Virus record (IMG/VR): IMGVR_UViG_3300011115_000889
Location: 1-52,558 of that record
Origin: a virus
Taxonomy: Duplodnaviria > Caudoviricetes
Length of the DNA stretch: 52,558 nt
Direction: 5' to 3' (one strand)
Below the pieces are notes generated by a model, which did no database searches, was not told the origin of the DNA, and saw only the letters and a program-made list of their open reading frames with translations. Each line of letters starts with the position of its first letter. Within the stretch, counting starts at the first letter, position 1. Below are positions 8,855-18,494 of the stretch, piece by piece. The position numbers were made by a program, and so were the translations under genes.

Positions 8855-9330
8855 AGTTAACTAAACGAGGGAAAGCAGTTGTAAACACTTTTTATGGAAT
8901 TGTATTTTTCCTAATTGTGGGATTTTGTGGCTCATTGGAATACTCCGATGCAGTTGCCCTAGCCAAATACGATGCTAAAAACAAATCTCAGGCACTTTCA
9001 GTAGTTGCCCAAGCAAAGCCACCAGTGAAGATTTCTTTACGCTCCTATGCCCGTCTACAGGGCATTAAACGGGGTTGGAGTTCACACCAGCATTCATGTT
9101 TGGTGAAATTATGGAATAAAGAATCTGGCTGGAATCCTAGGGCACACAATTCCAGTTCTGGTGCCCACGGAATACCGCAAGCGTTACCTGCATCAAAAAT
9201 GCGTTCGGCTGGTTCCGATTATTTAACTAACGGCAAAACACAAATCCGTTGGGGAATTGGTTACATCGAAGGTCGCTACGGAACACCGTGTTCGGCACTA
9301 GATTTTCATAATAGCCACGGCTGGTATTAG
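8851..9330 (+). CDS. membrane-anchored lytic transglycosylase (SLT/lysozyme-like)
   Basis: N-terminal TM segment; LWNKESGWNP, SSGAHGIPQALP, YIEGRYG.PC.A, GWY. Confidence 0.88.
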   Translation: MKLTKRGKAVVNTFYGIVFFLIVGFCGSLEYSDAVALAKYDAKNKSQALSVVAQAKPPVKISLRSYARLQGIKRGWSSHQHSCLVKLWNKESGWNPRAHNSSSGAHGIPQALPASKMRSAGSDYLTNGKTQIRWGIGYIEGRYGTPCSALDFHNSHGWY

Positions 9331-9332
9331 CC

Positions 9333-9461
9333 ATGTCGGAATTGCCCGACACCAAAATTGTTGATTGTCCGAATTGTGGGCACCGAGTTTGGGAACCAAT
9401 GTTGAAATTGGGGAAATGCCAGACTTGCGAGTTGCTCAAGAACTTTAAGGATAAACAATAG
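9333..9461 (+). CDS. 42-aa zinc-ribbon protein
   Basis: Hand translation; CPNC...CQTC. Confidence 0.55.
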   Translation: MSELPDTKIVDCPNCGHRVWEPMLKLGKCQTCELLKNFKDKQ

Positions 9462-9470
9462 AATAGGTGC

Positions 9471-9734
9471 ATGCCAAAAGATGATGATGCTGTTGAAGCG
9501 TCAGAAAAGTCCCCCGTGGACAGTATGCTGTACGAAATCCAAAAGGAAATGTTTCCCGAAGGGGCACTTTCAACAGCGTGGGTTTTGGCAACGGAATGGG
9601 TTGCAATTAATGGTGAGTATTACACCGTTACTTTAACCGATGACAAAGCACCACCGTGGCATCATGTTGGGATTTTGGCAAAATCACAATCTGAGTTGGA
9701 CGAAATCTTATCTTCAGAAGAAGAGGAAGATTAG
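9471..9734 (+). CDS. acidic hypothetical protein
   Basis: 87-aa ORF. Confidence 0.65.
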   Translation: MPKDDDAVEASEKSPVDSMLYEIQKEMFPEGALSTAWVLATEWVAINGEYYTVTLTDDKAPPWHHVGILAKSQSELDEILSSEEEED

Positions 9735-10067
9735 TTGTACCCAAAGTTTGATGGGTCGCAACTTTGTGCCCAAGTTGACCCAGAGATGTGGTTCCCAGAT
9801 GGTTCGCTTGTGCGAGCAAACCGTGATGCCATGCAAATTTGTAAAAAATGTCACTTCCTTGAGGAATGCTTGGAGTACGCTGTACAAACTGATGTTCAGG
9901 GAATTTGGGGCGGTACTACCTATCCGCAACGAAAAGTGATAAGAAAGACTAGGGGAATTGTTGCAAAACCAATTTTTGAGTTTTTGTCAACAACACCTCA
10001 AGCAATTAAAGCCCGTGAAAAAAGGGCTTTGATTAAAGAACTCCAAAAAGAAAAGGAAAACGAATGA
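9735..10067 (+). CDS. whiB: WhiB-family Fe-S transcription factor
   Basis: CAQVDPEMWFP...CKKC..LEECLEYA...GIWGG. Confidence 0.93.
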   Translation: MYPKFDGSQLCAQVDPEMWFPDGSLVRANRDAMQICKKCHFLEECLEYAVQTDVQGIWGGTTYPQRKVIRKTRGIVAKPIFEFLSTTPQAIKAREKRALIKELQKEKENE

Positions 10068-10483
10068 GTGCAAATGTAACGGTAATTGGAAATCTTGCTG
10101 GCGACCCTGAGTTGCGATTTACTAAAGAAGGTAAGGCTGTAGCAACTTTTACAGTTTTAACTTCAACATCTAAGAAAACAGATTCGGGTTGGGAATCAAC
10201 CGATGTAACCGCTTGGCGTGTTTCTGCTTGGGACAAGTTGGGTGAGAATGTTGCTGAATCTTTGACCAAGGGTTCCCCTGTTGTTGTTTATGGGAAAGCA
10301 TCTTGGAAAGAATGGGAAAACAAAGACGGCAACAAAGGTGGGGCTATGCAAATTCAGGCTTACAATGTTGCAGTTGATTTGAAGCGTGACCCTGTGAGTA
10401 TCAATAAAGGTTCAGGTTCTAATCGTTCTAAAGAAGTTGACCCTTGGGCTACACCTACTCCATCTGAAGAATTTCCGTTCTAA
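10064..10483 (+). CDS. ssb: single-stranded DNA-binding protein
   Basis: VIGNLAGDPELRFT, W.KLGENVAESL.KG, acidic tail DPW...EEFPF. Confidence 0.95.
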   Translation: MSANVTVIGNLAGDPELRFTKEGKAVATFTVLTSTSKKTDSGWESTDVTAWRVSAWDKLGENVAESLTKGSPVVVYGKASWKEWENKDGNKGGAMQIQAYNVAVDLKRDPVSINKGSGSNRSKEVDPWATPTPSEEFPF

Positions 10484-10734
10484 TGTACGGCTATTTTAAG
10501 TTTGCGGTCAATGGCACGATTGTTGGTTTGGCTTTTTATTGGCATGAATACACGGTTCAGATTCTTGGCTGGATTGCGTTGGTGATGACGGCTCTGAGTT
10601 GGATTCGCAATAGCCTTCCTAAGCGTGAGCCTCAAGTTGTTGAGTGGGACAGGTTTGATTGGGATACTGTTGGCGGTTGCGAAAGTGGTAATTGTCAGTG
10701 TCAGGCTAAAGATGACACGGAACCCAAAGGGTAA
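10483..10734 (+). CDS. two-TM membrane protein
   Basis: Two hydrophobic segments. Confidence 0.6.
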   Translation: MYGYFKFAVNGTIVGLAFYWHEYTVQILGWIALVMTALSWIRNSLPKREPQVVEWDRFDWDTVGGCESGNCQCQAKDDTEPKG

Positions 10735-10760
10735 TAACTAAACCAAAAGTGTGTTACAAT
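10729..10760 (+). promoter_or_regulatory. repeated early promoter cassette copy
   Basis: GGGTAATAACTAAACCAAAAGTGTGTTACAAT. Confidence 0.85.
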
Positions 10761-10791
10761 CAAAATGTGGACAAAAAGGAAGGACGGAAAA

Positions 10792-10917
10792 TTGAGTTCA
10801 AAATTAATTCAATTAGTCATAGACATTATTAAATCTCAACAAGAAGATTTAATAACCATGGAAGAAGCAGTTTCACTTATTGAGATGGAACGCAGAAATC
10901 ATAAGGCAGGAAAATAA
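10792..10917 (+). CDS. 41-aa hypothetical protein (TTG start)
   Basis: Follows the promoter cassette and AGGAAGGA RBS; stop overlaps the next start. Confidence 0.55.
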   Translation: MSSKLIQLVIDIIKSQQEDLITMEEAVSLIEMERRNHKAGK

Positions 10918-11087
10918 TGGAAAAACTGATTAATCAAATTATTGCGTATGAACAAGGTGAATTGTTTGGGCAGGAAGTTATTGATTTCTTTCAAGAACTT
11001 GTTAACACTGGCAAAGCATGGTCATTGCAAGGGCATTACGGACGCACCGCAAAAGCACTTATTGAAGAAGGGCTGGTAACGGCATGA
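10917..11087 (+). CDS. 56-aa conserved phage protein (IIAYEQGEL...AWSLQGHYGR)
   Basis: Hand translation; translational coupling at both ends. Confidence 0.7.
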   Translation: MEKLINQIIAYEQGELFGQEVIDFFQELVNTGKAWSLQGHYGRTAKALIEEGLVTA

Positions 11088-11263
11088 GCGAACAAGAAGA
11101 AACAGCAGTTGGACGCAATTACATTTTCGACATGGTTGACGGTTCCCAAATCCTTGTAACAACTTGGGGCAACGACATTGGACGAATTGCGTTTCGTTCT
11201 GATGCGTGGTCAACATGGTCGCCACCAGTTCAAGCAACAAAAATTGAACAAATTGGTCAATGA
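11084..11263 (+). CDS. 59-aa hypothetical protein
   Basis: Hand translation; ATGA overlaps at both ends. Confidence 0.6.
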   Translation: MSEQEETAVGRNYIFDMVDGSQILVTTWGNDIGRIAFRSDAWSTWSPPVQATKIEQIGQ

Positions 11264-12255
11264 AGTTTATTGAACTTTTTGCAGGTATCGGTGCGTTTCG
11301 GCTAGGGCTGGAACGCACTGGTCATACCTGTGTCTGGGCAAACGAATGGGAAAAAGCACCACGGAGGATTTATGAACGACAATTCGGCGAACAACCAGAT
11401 GGAAGAGATGTTCGGACTATTTCCGCCAGCGACCTCCCTGAAGCCGACCTCATCGTTGGAGGATTTCCTTGTGCAACTTTTTCAGTTGCAGGAAAAAGAA
11501 CTGGATTCTCTCTGGAAGACACAAGAGGTACTTTGGCTTTTGAAATGTTCAGACTTGCCAGAGATAAGCGAATTCCGTACATCCTTTTTGAGAATGTCAA
11601 AGGACTCCTCAACCACGACAATGGAACAACTTTCGCAGTTATCCTCGGAGTCTTGGATGAGATGGGGTATGACTGCCAGTGGGAATTGCTTAACAGCGAA
11701 AACTTTGGAGTCCCACAACACCGAGAACGCATTTTCCTTGTCGCAAATCTTAGAGGAAAACCCCGACCCAAAGTATTTCCTATCGGAAGAACAGGTTCAA
11801 CGAATGTTGTCGAAGTTGAACCAGAAAACGGAATCGCTCAATGGAGCCGAAGAGATAACGGATTCCGATACTTCGGAGCAACATCCCCAACTCTTTTAGC
11901 CCAAATGGGTACAGGTGGTGGCAATGTTCCGTTTGTTACCGTAAAACCCGTGCTGACAGTTAACCGTGCCGAGAAACGCCAAAATGGTCGCAGAATCAAA
12001 GAGCATAACGAATCAGCATTTACTTTGACGGCTCAGGATAGGCATGGAGTTGCTATTGATAATGGCAATACGGTAGCAATTCGTAGGCTTACCCCGTTGG
12101 AATGTGAACGGCTACAAGGTTTACCAGATGAGTTCACTAAGTATTATGAAGACGGTTCATTGGTTTCCGATAATGTCAGATACGAACGATTGGGACGAAC
12201 AATCACAATCCCAGTTGTTGAAGCAATAGGAAAAGGGTTAAATGTTTTCTTTTGA
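11260..12255 (+). CDS. C5-cytosine DNA methyltransferase (possible carboxymethyltransferase)
   Basis: ELFAGIG, GFPC, FENV.G, PQHRER, RRLTPLECERLQG; motif X reads LGRTI instead of GN. Confidence 0.95.
   Translation: MKFIELFAGIGAFRLGLERTGHTCVWANEWEKAPRRIYERQFGEQPDGRDVRTISASDLPEADLIVGGFPCATFSVAGKRTGFSLEDTRGTLAFEMFRLARDKRIPYILFENVKGLLNHDNGTTFAVILGVLDEMGYDCQWELLNSENFGVPQHRERIFLVANLRGKPRPKVFPIGRTGSTNVVEVEPENGIAQWSRRDNGFRYFGATSPTLLAQMGTGGGNVPFVTVKPVLTVNRAEKRQNGRRIKEHNESAFTLTAQDRHGVAIDNGNTVAIRRLTPLECERLQGLPDEFTKYYEDGSLVSDNVRYERLGRTITIPVVEAIGKGLNVFF
11330..11899 (+). CDS. nested +1-frame ORF, putative MTase beta subunit (M.EcoHK31I-like arrangement)
   Basis: 189 open codons inside the MTase; WMRWG..GNCLT..E..SLSQILEENPDPKYFLS; start uncertain. 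Confidence 0.6.
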   Translation: MSGQTNGKKHHGGFMNDNSANNQMEEMFGLFPPATSLKPTSSLEDFLVQLFQLQEKELDSLWKTQEVLWLLKCSDLPEISEFRTSFLRMSKDSSTTTMEQLSQLSSESWMRWGMTASGNCLTAKTLESHNTENAFSLSQILEENPDPKYFLSEEQVQRMLSKLNQKTESLNGAEEITDSDTSEQHPQLF

Positions 12256-12877
12256 TACGGTCAAAAACTTTGATGACCACATAGCAAGTTCAATCCCTGC
12301 TTACGATGCTTTGTTTGACACGGTGGTAACTTTAAGCGATTTCTTTTTATTACCCGATACAACTTTCCTTGACATTGGTTGCAGTACAGGCAAATTGTTG
12401 GAAACCGTTCGACATGATGGTGTCAAAATTGGTATTGATAAATCCCGAAACCTGCTACCACGGTTGCCTTCACAAAGCGTTGACTATTTTAGTTACGACA
12501 TAACCGAGTATTTTGGGTTTGAAAATTGCTCACTAATTACTTCGCTATTTACCTTGCAGTTCATTGACAGCACTAAACGCCCAGAATTGTTAGAAAGAAT
12601 CTATAACGGGTTGCGACCAAATGGTGCTTTTATTTGGGCTGAAAAAGTTTATGCAGAATCAGGCAAAATTCAAGAAATGCTTACATCTACCTTGCATCAG
12701 CACAAAAGACCATACTTTGATGCTATGGAAATTTTGGATAAAGATTTAGATTTGCGTAAACTAATGCGACCCAACACATCTGCAAAGAATCAGGAAATGG
12801 CTTACAATGCAGGATTTGAGCAAGGTGAGTTGATTTGGAAGTCATTAAATTTTGAAGCATGGCTTTACATTAAGTAG
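12242..12877 (+). CDS. cmoA: CmoA-like carboxy-S-adenosylmethionine synthase
   Basis: FSF..FDDHI..SIP.Y, DIGCSTG, FTLQF, L.PNGAFIWAEK, AGF..W..LNF match the CmoA pattern. Confidence 0.8.
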   Translation: MFSFDTVKNFDDHIASSIPAYDALFDTVVTLSDFFLLPDTTFLDIGCSTGKLLETVRHDGVKIGIDKSRNLLPRLPSQSVDYFSYDITEYFGFENCSLITSLFTLQFIDSTKRPELLERIYNGLRPNGAFIWAEKVYAESGKIQEMLTSTLHQHKRPYFDAMEILDKDLDLRKLMRPNTSAKNQEMAYNAGFEQGELIWKSLNFEAWLYIK

Positions 12878-12949
12878 CGAGCCACCTCAAGATAGTGCTT
12901 TTTGCAATGTATTATGCAAGAAGGTTTATTTTACTGTAAGGATGTGAAC

Positions 12950-14401
12950 ATGGCACCAAAACCAGATTTTTCTGAGTTAGGCTCCACAGGGCTTCATCGT
13001 GCTGGTGGCACAGTCTTTGAAGAGTTCATTACAGCGTTACGAAACAAAAACGGTATTCGTGCTTACCGTGAAATGGCTGATAACGACCCCGTTATTGGTT
13101 CCATTTTGTATGCAATTGAGAAGGTTATTGTTCGTCTTGAATGGCGAGTTGACCCTTATCTTGAGCCAAATGCTGAAGGCGACCCTAAAGAAAAAGATGT
13201 TGAAGTTGCCGATTTTATTGAATCTTGCCTTTTTGACATGTCTGATTCTTGGGACGCAACCCTAGCAAGCATTCTTTCAATGCTAACTTTTGGTTGGTCA
13301 TACCACGAAATTGTTTACAAACGCCGAGTTGGACCTGACGGAAATGACCCAACAAAGCGTTCACAATACACAGACGGTAAAATTGGTTGGCGTAAATTTG
13401 CTATCCGTAGTCAAGATTCTTTAATGCGTTGGGAATTTGATGACGATGGTGGCGTGAACTGCATGATTCAAAATGACCCTTCAGGTGGTGGAACGCATTA
13501 TGTCCCTATTGAAAAAGCATTATTGTTCCGTACCACTAATCAAAAAAATAACCCTGAAGGTCGTTCCCTGCTTCGGAACGCTTACCGTCCTTATTTCTTT
13601 AAAAAGCGTATGGAAGAAATTGAAGCAATTGGTATTGAGCGTGATTTGGCTGGTCTTCCTGTCGCTTATGTTCCACCTGAGTTCCTTTCATCTACGGCTA
13701 CAGATGCACAAAAAGCGGTATTGAATAGCATTGTTGAAATTGTTCAAAACATTAAACGCAATGAACAAGAGGGTGTTGTTTTCCCTGCACAGTATGACGA
13801 ATCTGGTAAAAAACTTTTTGATTTGACCCTTTTGTCTGCTGGTGGTTCTCGTCAGTTCGATACGGACAAAATCATTTCCCGTTATGACCAACGAATTGCT
13901 ATGTCTGTTTTGTCGGACTTTATTTTGTTGGGTCATGACAATGTTGGCTCGTTTGCTTTGGGTACCGCAAAAATGGATTTGTGGTCTATGGCAGTTGACG
14001 CTATTGCTAAATCAATTGCCGAAGTTATTAATCAGCATGCTATTAGCCGTTTGATGCGTTTCAATGGGATGGATACTTCTCGTCTTCCCAAGTTGACTTA
14101 TGGTGACATTGCTCATGTTGATTTGACTGAAGTTGCAGATTATGTGACCAAGTTGGCTAATGCTGGAATTATTGTGTCTGACCCGAATCTTGAAGATTAT
14201 TTGCGTGAATTGGGTTCACTTCCACCTGCTGAACATAATGGTGATACTACGGGTGCAATTGACCCTGCTACAGGTTTGCCTGTGGTTCCAACAATTGACC
14301 CTGCTACAGGTCAACCAGTTCAACCTCCTGCAAAGCAACCAAATGCTAAAAAACCTGCACCGACCAAACAGGATGCTCAACAATCCGATAATGCTTTCTA
14401 G
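12950..14401 (+). CDS. portal protein (Mu gp29/DUF935-like)
   Basis: FGWSYHEIVY, NNPEGRSLLR.AY, IGIERDLAGLP, IISRYD..IA..L; located before MuF. Confidence 0.9.
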   Translation: MAPKPDFSELGSTGLHRAGGTVFEEFITALRNKNGIRAYREMADNDPVIGSILYAIEKVIVRLEWRVDPYLEPNAEGDPKEKDVEVADFIESCLFDMSDSWDATLASILSMLTFGWSYHEIVYKRRVGPDGNDPTKRSQYTDGKIGWRKFAIRSQDSLMRWEFDDDGGVNCMIQNDPSGGGTHYVPIEKALLFRTTNQKNNPEGRSLLRNAYRPYFFKKRMEEIEAIGIERDLAGLPVAYVPPEFLSSTATDAQKAVLNSIVEIVQNIKRNEQEGVVFPAQYDESGKKLFDLTLLSAGGSRQFDTDKIISRYDQRIAMSVLSDFILLGHDNVGSFALGTAKMDLWSMAVDAIAKSIAEVINQHAISRLMRFNGMDTSRLPKLTYGDIAHVDLTEVADYVTKLANAGIIVSDPNLEDYLRELGSLPPAEHNGDTTGAIDPATGLPVVPTIDPATGQPVQPPAKQPNAKKPAPTKQDAQQSDNAF

Positions 14402-14409
14402 GGGTAGCA

Positions 14410-15414
14410 ATGCCATTAGTCAGGAAAGCAAAATCCTCGGTACCTGCACCACCAGTTTTTAATGTAACAAAACAGCAGTTGTACAACATTATTCGTAATG
14501 CGTTGTATCGGGCTGGGCGAGTTGCTGATGCGGATTCGTTGGCTTCAGCGATTATTAACTTGCAACCAGATTTACTTGAGCAAGCATTATTAACTATTAA
14601 TGTTGATGCTATTGGGCAAATTATTCGTGATTCAATTACGGCAGTTATTAATAATGCTGGTGTTTTGGCTGGTCAGGAAATTAAACCACTTATTGAAGCG
14701 ACACCTGATTGGGGTAACGCTAACACTTTGACGGGTAAACCAAAGGGTGAGTTCACTTTTAACATTCATAATCCTGTAGCGGATTTGTATGCGGAGCGTC
14801 AGGCTGGTCGTTTGGTTACGGCTATTAATGATTCTATGCGTTTGGCTATTCGTCAGATTATTAGTGATTCTTTTAGTAAGGAAATTTCGGTTCCTTACAC
14901 TGCTAAAAAGTTGCGTCAAATTATTGGGTTGCATCCTCGTTGGGCACAGGCAGTTGACAAGTTTTTTGACCGTACCTATAAGGGTTTATTGAAGCAGGGT
15001 TTGAATCCTGAGAAAGCGGTTGAGAGAACGGATTTGTTGACGGATAGGTATCGTCAAAAATTGATTCGTGCCCGTGCCACAATGATTGCTCGTACCGAGA
15101 TTCAGATTGCTCAAAACATGGGTCGTCAGTTGGCTTGGCAACAGGCTGTTGATGGTGGTTGGGTTGCTGGTGATTCTATGAAACAGTGGCAAACTGTTTA
15201 TAAGAATAATGCTGGTGGACCTCCTTGCGATAAGTGTGCCCCATTAGACGGAGTTCAGGTGCGTTGGGATAGTGCTTTTGATAATGGGCTACTTATGCCA
15301 CCTGCTCATCCTCATTGTCGTTGTACGGCGTTCCTAGTGCCTCCTGACCGTGGTTTGAATGATGCTGAGTGGATTAGGACTGGGCAAATGAGGTATTCGG
15401 GTGAACAGGCATGA
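14410..15414 (+). CDS. MuF / SPP1 gp7-family head morphogenesis protein
   Basis: RA.MIARTE, K.W, CDKC..LDG, PPAHPHCRC. Confidence 0.9.
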   Translation: MPLVRKAKSSVPAPPVFNVTKQQLYNIIRNALYRAGRVADADSLASAIINLQPDLLEQALLTINVDAIGQIIRDSITAVINNAGVLAGQEIKPLIEATPDWGNANTLTGKPKGEFTFNIHNPVADLYAERQAGRLVTAINDSMRLAIRQIISDSFSKEISVPYTAKKLRQIIGLHPRWAQAVDKFFDRTYKGLLKQGLNPEKAVERTDLLTDRYRQKLIRARATMIARTEIQIAQNMGRQLAWQQAVDGGWVAGDSMKQWQTVYKNNAGGPPCDKCAPLDGVQVRWDSAFDNGLLMPPAHPHCRCTAFLVPPDRGLNDAEWIRTGQMRYSGEQA

Positions 15415-16577
15415 AATCTGTTTATGTAGTCGTTCCAGTTACTAAACATCTGGCTGGTCAACATGACCAATCTAGTCATGGCAATTGGTCTGGGTCGCCA
15501 AAACTGACTATCTTAAATGAAAAAGGTAGCGAGAACGAATTTCTAAATGAAAGTTTACGAGTTGTTAGGTATGAAGAAAAAGGTAAAAACCCAGTTGACT
15601 ATGTTCTTTTTGCAGACGGAAAATACAAAATTATTGTTGCTCCAAAGCCTACTGACGGAACTAATTTTACTGGTTATCGTGGCATAGAGAGTAAAGGAGT
15701 TGGGGTTTTAATTGCCGAGGGCCCAAAAGCAAATCATTTAAGACTTACCTCTAATCTTGATAATTATTTTACTGTCAACCAAATAGCAGTTAAACCAAGT
15801 CACCAACGCAGGGGATTGGCTTCAGCAATGCTTCAATTTCACCGTGACATGTACCCAGAAGCGAACATTCAACATTCAGATGCTTTAACTGAAGATGGAA
15901 AATCATGGGCAACTGTAGTTAAACATCTTGCAGGTCAACATGACCAATCAACTCACGGTAATTGGGCTGGTGCCGAAGGTTACAAATCTGCTTCATTAGA
16001 TGACTTACCAGCCCTAGACCTTAGCAGACTTGATTCAACAACAATGGATGCTCGTAACAATTATGTTGGTTTTGGGTATCAATGGATGAATGATTATCTT
16101 CGTAGTGGCAACATTGATGATACGGTTAGAATAATTTACAACGAACAAATCCCTAAAGAACAAGGAATTGCTCAAATTGAATCCTTAAAAAATGCTTTGT
16201 ATGAAACAGAAACAACACAAGATTTAACAGTTACTAGATGGAGTTCTGGAGCAAGTCTTTTTAGGCAACAAGTTTCTACAATGTCTGAAGAAGACATTAA
16301 AGGGCTTGTAGGTAAAACTTTTGAAGCAAAAGGTTTTACATCAACTTCTGCCCCAAATAGTTTGCATCAAAGTGTTAATGATTCCTTCAAAGCGTCTGCA
16401 ACGGTTTTTGCAAACATTCACATGCCAGCAGGTACGCACGGGGCAACTATGGGTAACGATGAAGAGGGCGAGTTCGTTATTGCCCCAAATACTACTTTTG
16501 TGGTTATGGGAGCAAAAAGGTTGGATGAAACTAGGATTGTGTTAGACCTTTTAGTGACGGGACAGGAAAATGGATAG
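15411..16577 (+). CDS. tagged polyprotein: GNAT acetyltransferase + VIP2-type ADP-ribosyltransferase
   Basis: 2 tags; IAVKPSHQRRGLASAML; Y..MNDYLR, VTR, GFTSTS, EEGEF. Confidence 0.85.
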   Translation: MKSVYVVVPVTKHLAGQHDQSSHGNWSGSPKLTILNEKGSENEFLNESLRVVRYEEKGKNPVDYVLFADGKYKIIVAPKPTDGTNFTGYRGIESKGVGVLIAEGPKANHLRLTSNLDNYFTVNQIAVKPSHQRRGLASAMLQFHRDMYPEANIQHSDALTEDGKSWATVVKHLAGQHDQSTHGNWAGAEGYKSASLDDLPALDLSRLDSTTMDARNNYVGFGYQWMNDYLRSGNIDDTVRIIYNEQIPKEQGIAQIESLKNALYETETTQDLTVTRWSSGASLFRQQVSTMSEEDIKGLVGKTFEAKGFTSTSAPNSLHQSVNDSFKASATVFANIHMPAGTHGATMGNDEEGEFVIAPNTTFVVMGAKRLDETRIVLDLLVTGQENG

Positions 16578-18492
16578 ATTTACTGATTCGTTCTTGTCTG
16601 AAGTTAAGGGTGATGAGGCTTTACGCCACCGTTTACGGGCAGAGGTTATTCTTGGGCGTTCTCTTTTAGTAAAGCATTTGGCAGGTCAACATGACCAGAG
16701 TTCGCACGGCAACTGGGCTGATGGTGATGGTTCAAAAGAAATAAGTATTGAGCAACTTGCATCTATCATTAATGCAAATAAACCATACGACAGTCTTGAT
16801 GTTTGGCGTAAAACTTTGCAAGATGTTTTAAAAGCCACGGGTAAAACTGGTAAACCTACTTTTGGTGACACTTCACAGGGTATGGAGTTGTGGCGAAGTT
16901 TTGAGCAAGGTTCTGCCTATGACTTAGAAACCGAAGATGAAATTAGTTTGTCTGCTGAAGATAAAATTAAACAATTTATGGCTTCTGAGTTGCCTTACAT
17001 TTCTATGGGTAGAAACGGTATTGGTCTTTATGGTGCCCACACTAAAAGTGAGGCTGTGACATGGAGTCGTGGAAACTTTGGTCAAATAGTAAAAATGGCT
17101 TTGAAGCCTGATGCAAAAATTTTAACTATTCCTTCTTCTGATGCAAATGTAGGTTTTGTTCTTGCAAATGCTGATTTTTTGGCACCTAGAATTGGTTTAC
17201 CAAATAAAACGGCATCTTTGTCAGACTTTAAAACAAGTTGGTTTTTTACCGACAAATCATCAATTGTGAATCTTATGGCTTTAGCAATGGGTTATGACGC
17301 AATTAATTTTAATCCTAGCATTTATTATCCAAATGGTGCTTTGCCTGACCGTGAAATTGTTGTGTTAAATGCTGGTGCTTTAATTGTTCAAAAACCTGAC
17401 ACAGTTAAAAAACATTATTTAGGTCAACATGACCAATCCACGCACGGTAACTGGGCACACGGAGCAGTTAACGATTTTGCTGAAACCACAACTTTTAAAA
17501 ATGCTGTCAAAAAATTGGCTAAAACTTATGCTGACAAAATAGACACCACTTCAGGTCAGTATGGTGGTAGTCGTTCAGAAGACAGATTAGTTCAAATTCT
17601 TCATGGCGATGCTTTTGCTAGTTCTGCTCTTGGAAAACAGTTACAACAGCAAGTTAAAGACGCTTATCCTCGCGATGCTGTTTTTCTTAAAACTGGTGGA
17701 ATTTTTAATAACTCTTTTCAAGGAGTTATTAATCCTAATTTTGTAACTGGCAAAGATTATCCTGTTGTGATGTATGAAGCGTTGCTTCGTAGGGTGTCTG
17801 ATGAAGTTGTTAAACAAGCCACTTTTGCCAAATTTGATGCTTCTGAGTTGCTTTATCAAAGTTTTATTGCCGATGATTTAAAAGCCTTGCAAAAAGATGG
17901 AAAAGTTTGTCAGGCAATGGACGAAAAATCGTTTACTGATTTGTTGAAAAGTGACGACCCAAGGTTTAAGACACAATTTGAAACAGGAAAAAGCAATGGT
18001 GCCTACAGCAAAATTGGTCGTATGGCTGGTGAGTTGCGTTCTCAAAGCATGCCTATGTCGGAACCTGTTTCCAAACGACCTATTTATGGCTATGTGGCTG
18101 AAAATGATTTTGATGAAAGCATTTTGATTGATGGACCTGAACAGTATGGTGGTATTCGGGTTGTGTTTAAAGATGATGTTAAAACTCGTACAACAATGTC
18201 GGTTGGGGATTCGTTGTCAACTGGTTGTGTCCCTATTTCTATGACTCAAAGTGAAATTACTCCTTTTGATGCTTGGCGAGCGTCTGACAGAATTTTGTAC
18301 AGCACGGCAAGGGATGAGGGTTGGAATAATGACACTTATGACATTGGGTATCTTAATGAGGGTAGTTATTTTGAATCTCAAATCCATGATGGTGTTAAGT
18401 TGAGCGATGTTGAGGCTATTTACATTCCTTCGGATAGTTTTGATGACATTAGTCCCCTTGTTCCCAAGGGAATTAGGGTGGTAGAGTATTAA
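16570..18492 (+). CDS. tagged polyprotein: ART-like domain + DUF3626-like domain
   Basis: 2 tags; GIGLYG..GYDAI..EIVVLN; RFKTQFETG.SNG, RPIYGY, QYG, GDS, YFESQIH. Confidence 0.75.
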   Translation: MDRFTDSFLSEVKGDEALRHRLRAEVILGRSLLVKHLAGQHDQSSHGNWADGDGSKEISIEQLASIINANKPYDSLDVWRKTLQDVLKATGKTGKPTFGDTSQGMELWRSFEQGSAYDLETEDEISLSAEDKIKQFMASELPYISMGRNGIGLYGAHTKSEAVTWSRGNFGQIVKMALKPDAKILTIPSSDANVGFVLANADFLAPRIGLPNKTASLSDFKTSWFFTDKSSIVNLMALAMGYDAINFNPSIYYPNGALPDREIVVLNAGALIVQKPDTVKKHYLGQHDQSTHGNWAHGAVNDFAETTTFKNAVKKLAKTYADKIDTTSGQYGGSRSEDRLVQILHGDAFASSALGKQLQQQVKDAYPRDAVFLKTGGIFNNSFQGVINPNFVTGKDYPVVMYEALLRRVSDEVVKQATFAKFDASELLYQSFIADDLKALQKDGKVCQAMDEKSFTDLLKSDDPRFKTQFETGKSNGAYSKIGRMAGELRSQSMPMSEPVSKRPIYGYVAENDFDESILIDGPEQYGGIRVVFKDDVKTRTTMSVGDSLSTGCVPISMTQSEITPFDAWRASDRILYSTARDEGWNNDTYDIGYLNEGSYFESQIHDGVKLSDVEAIYIPSDSFDDISPLVPKGIRVVEY

Positions 18493-18494
18493 TC

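Noticed and set aside
14256-14311. 20-nt direct repeat at the portal C-terminus
   Set aside because: Encodes IDPATG twice in a low-complexity Pro-rich tail; a simple local duplication
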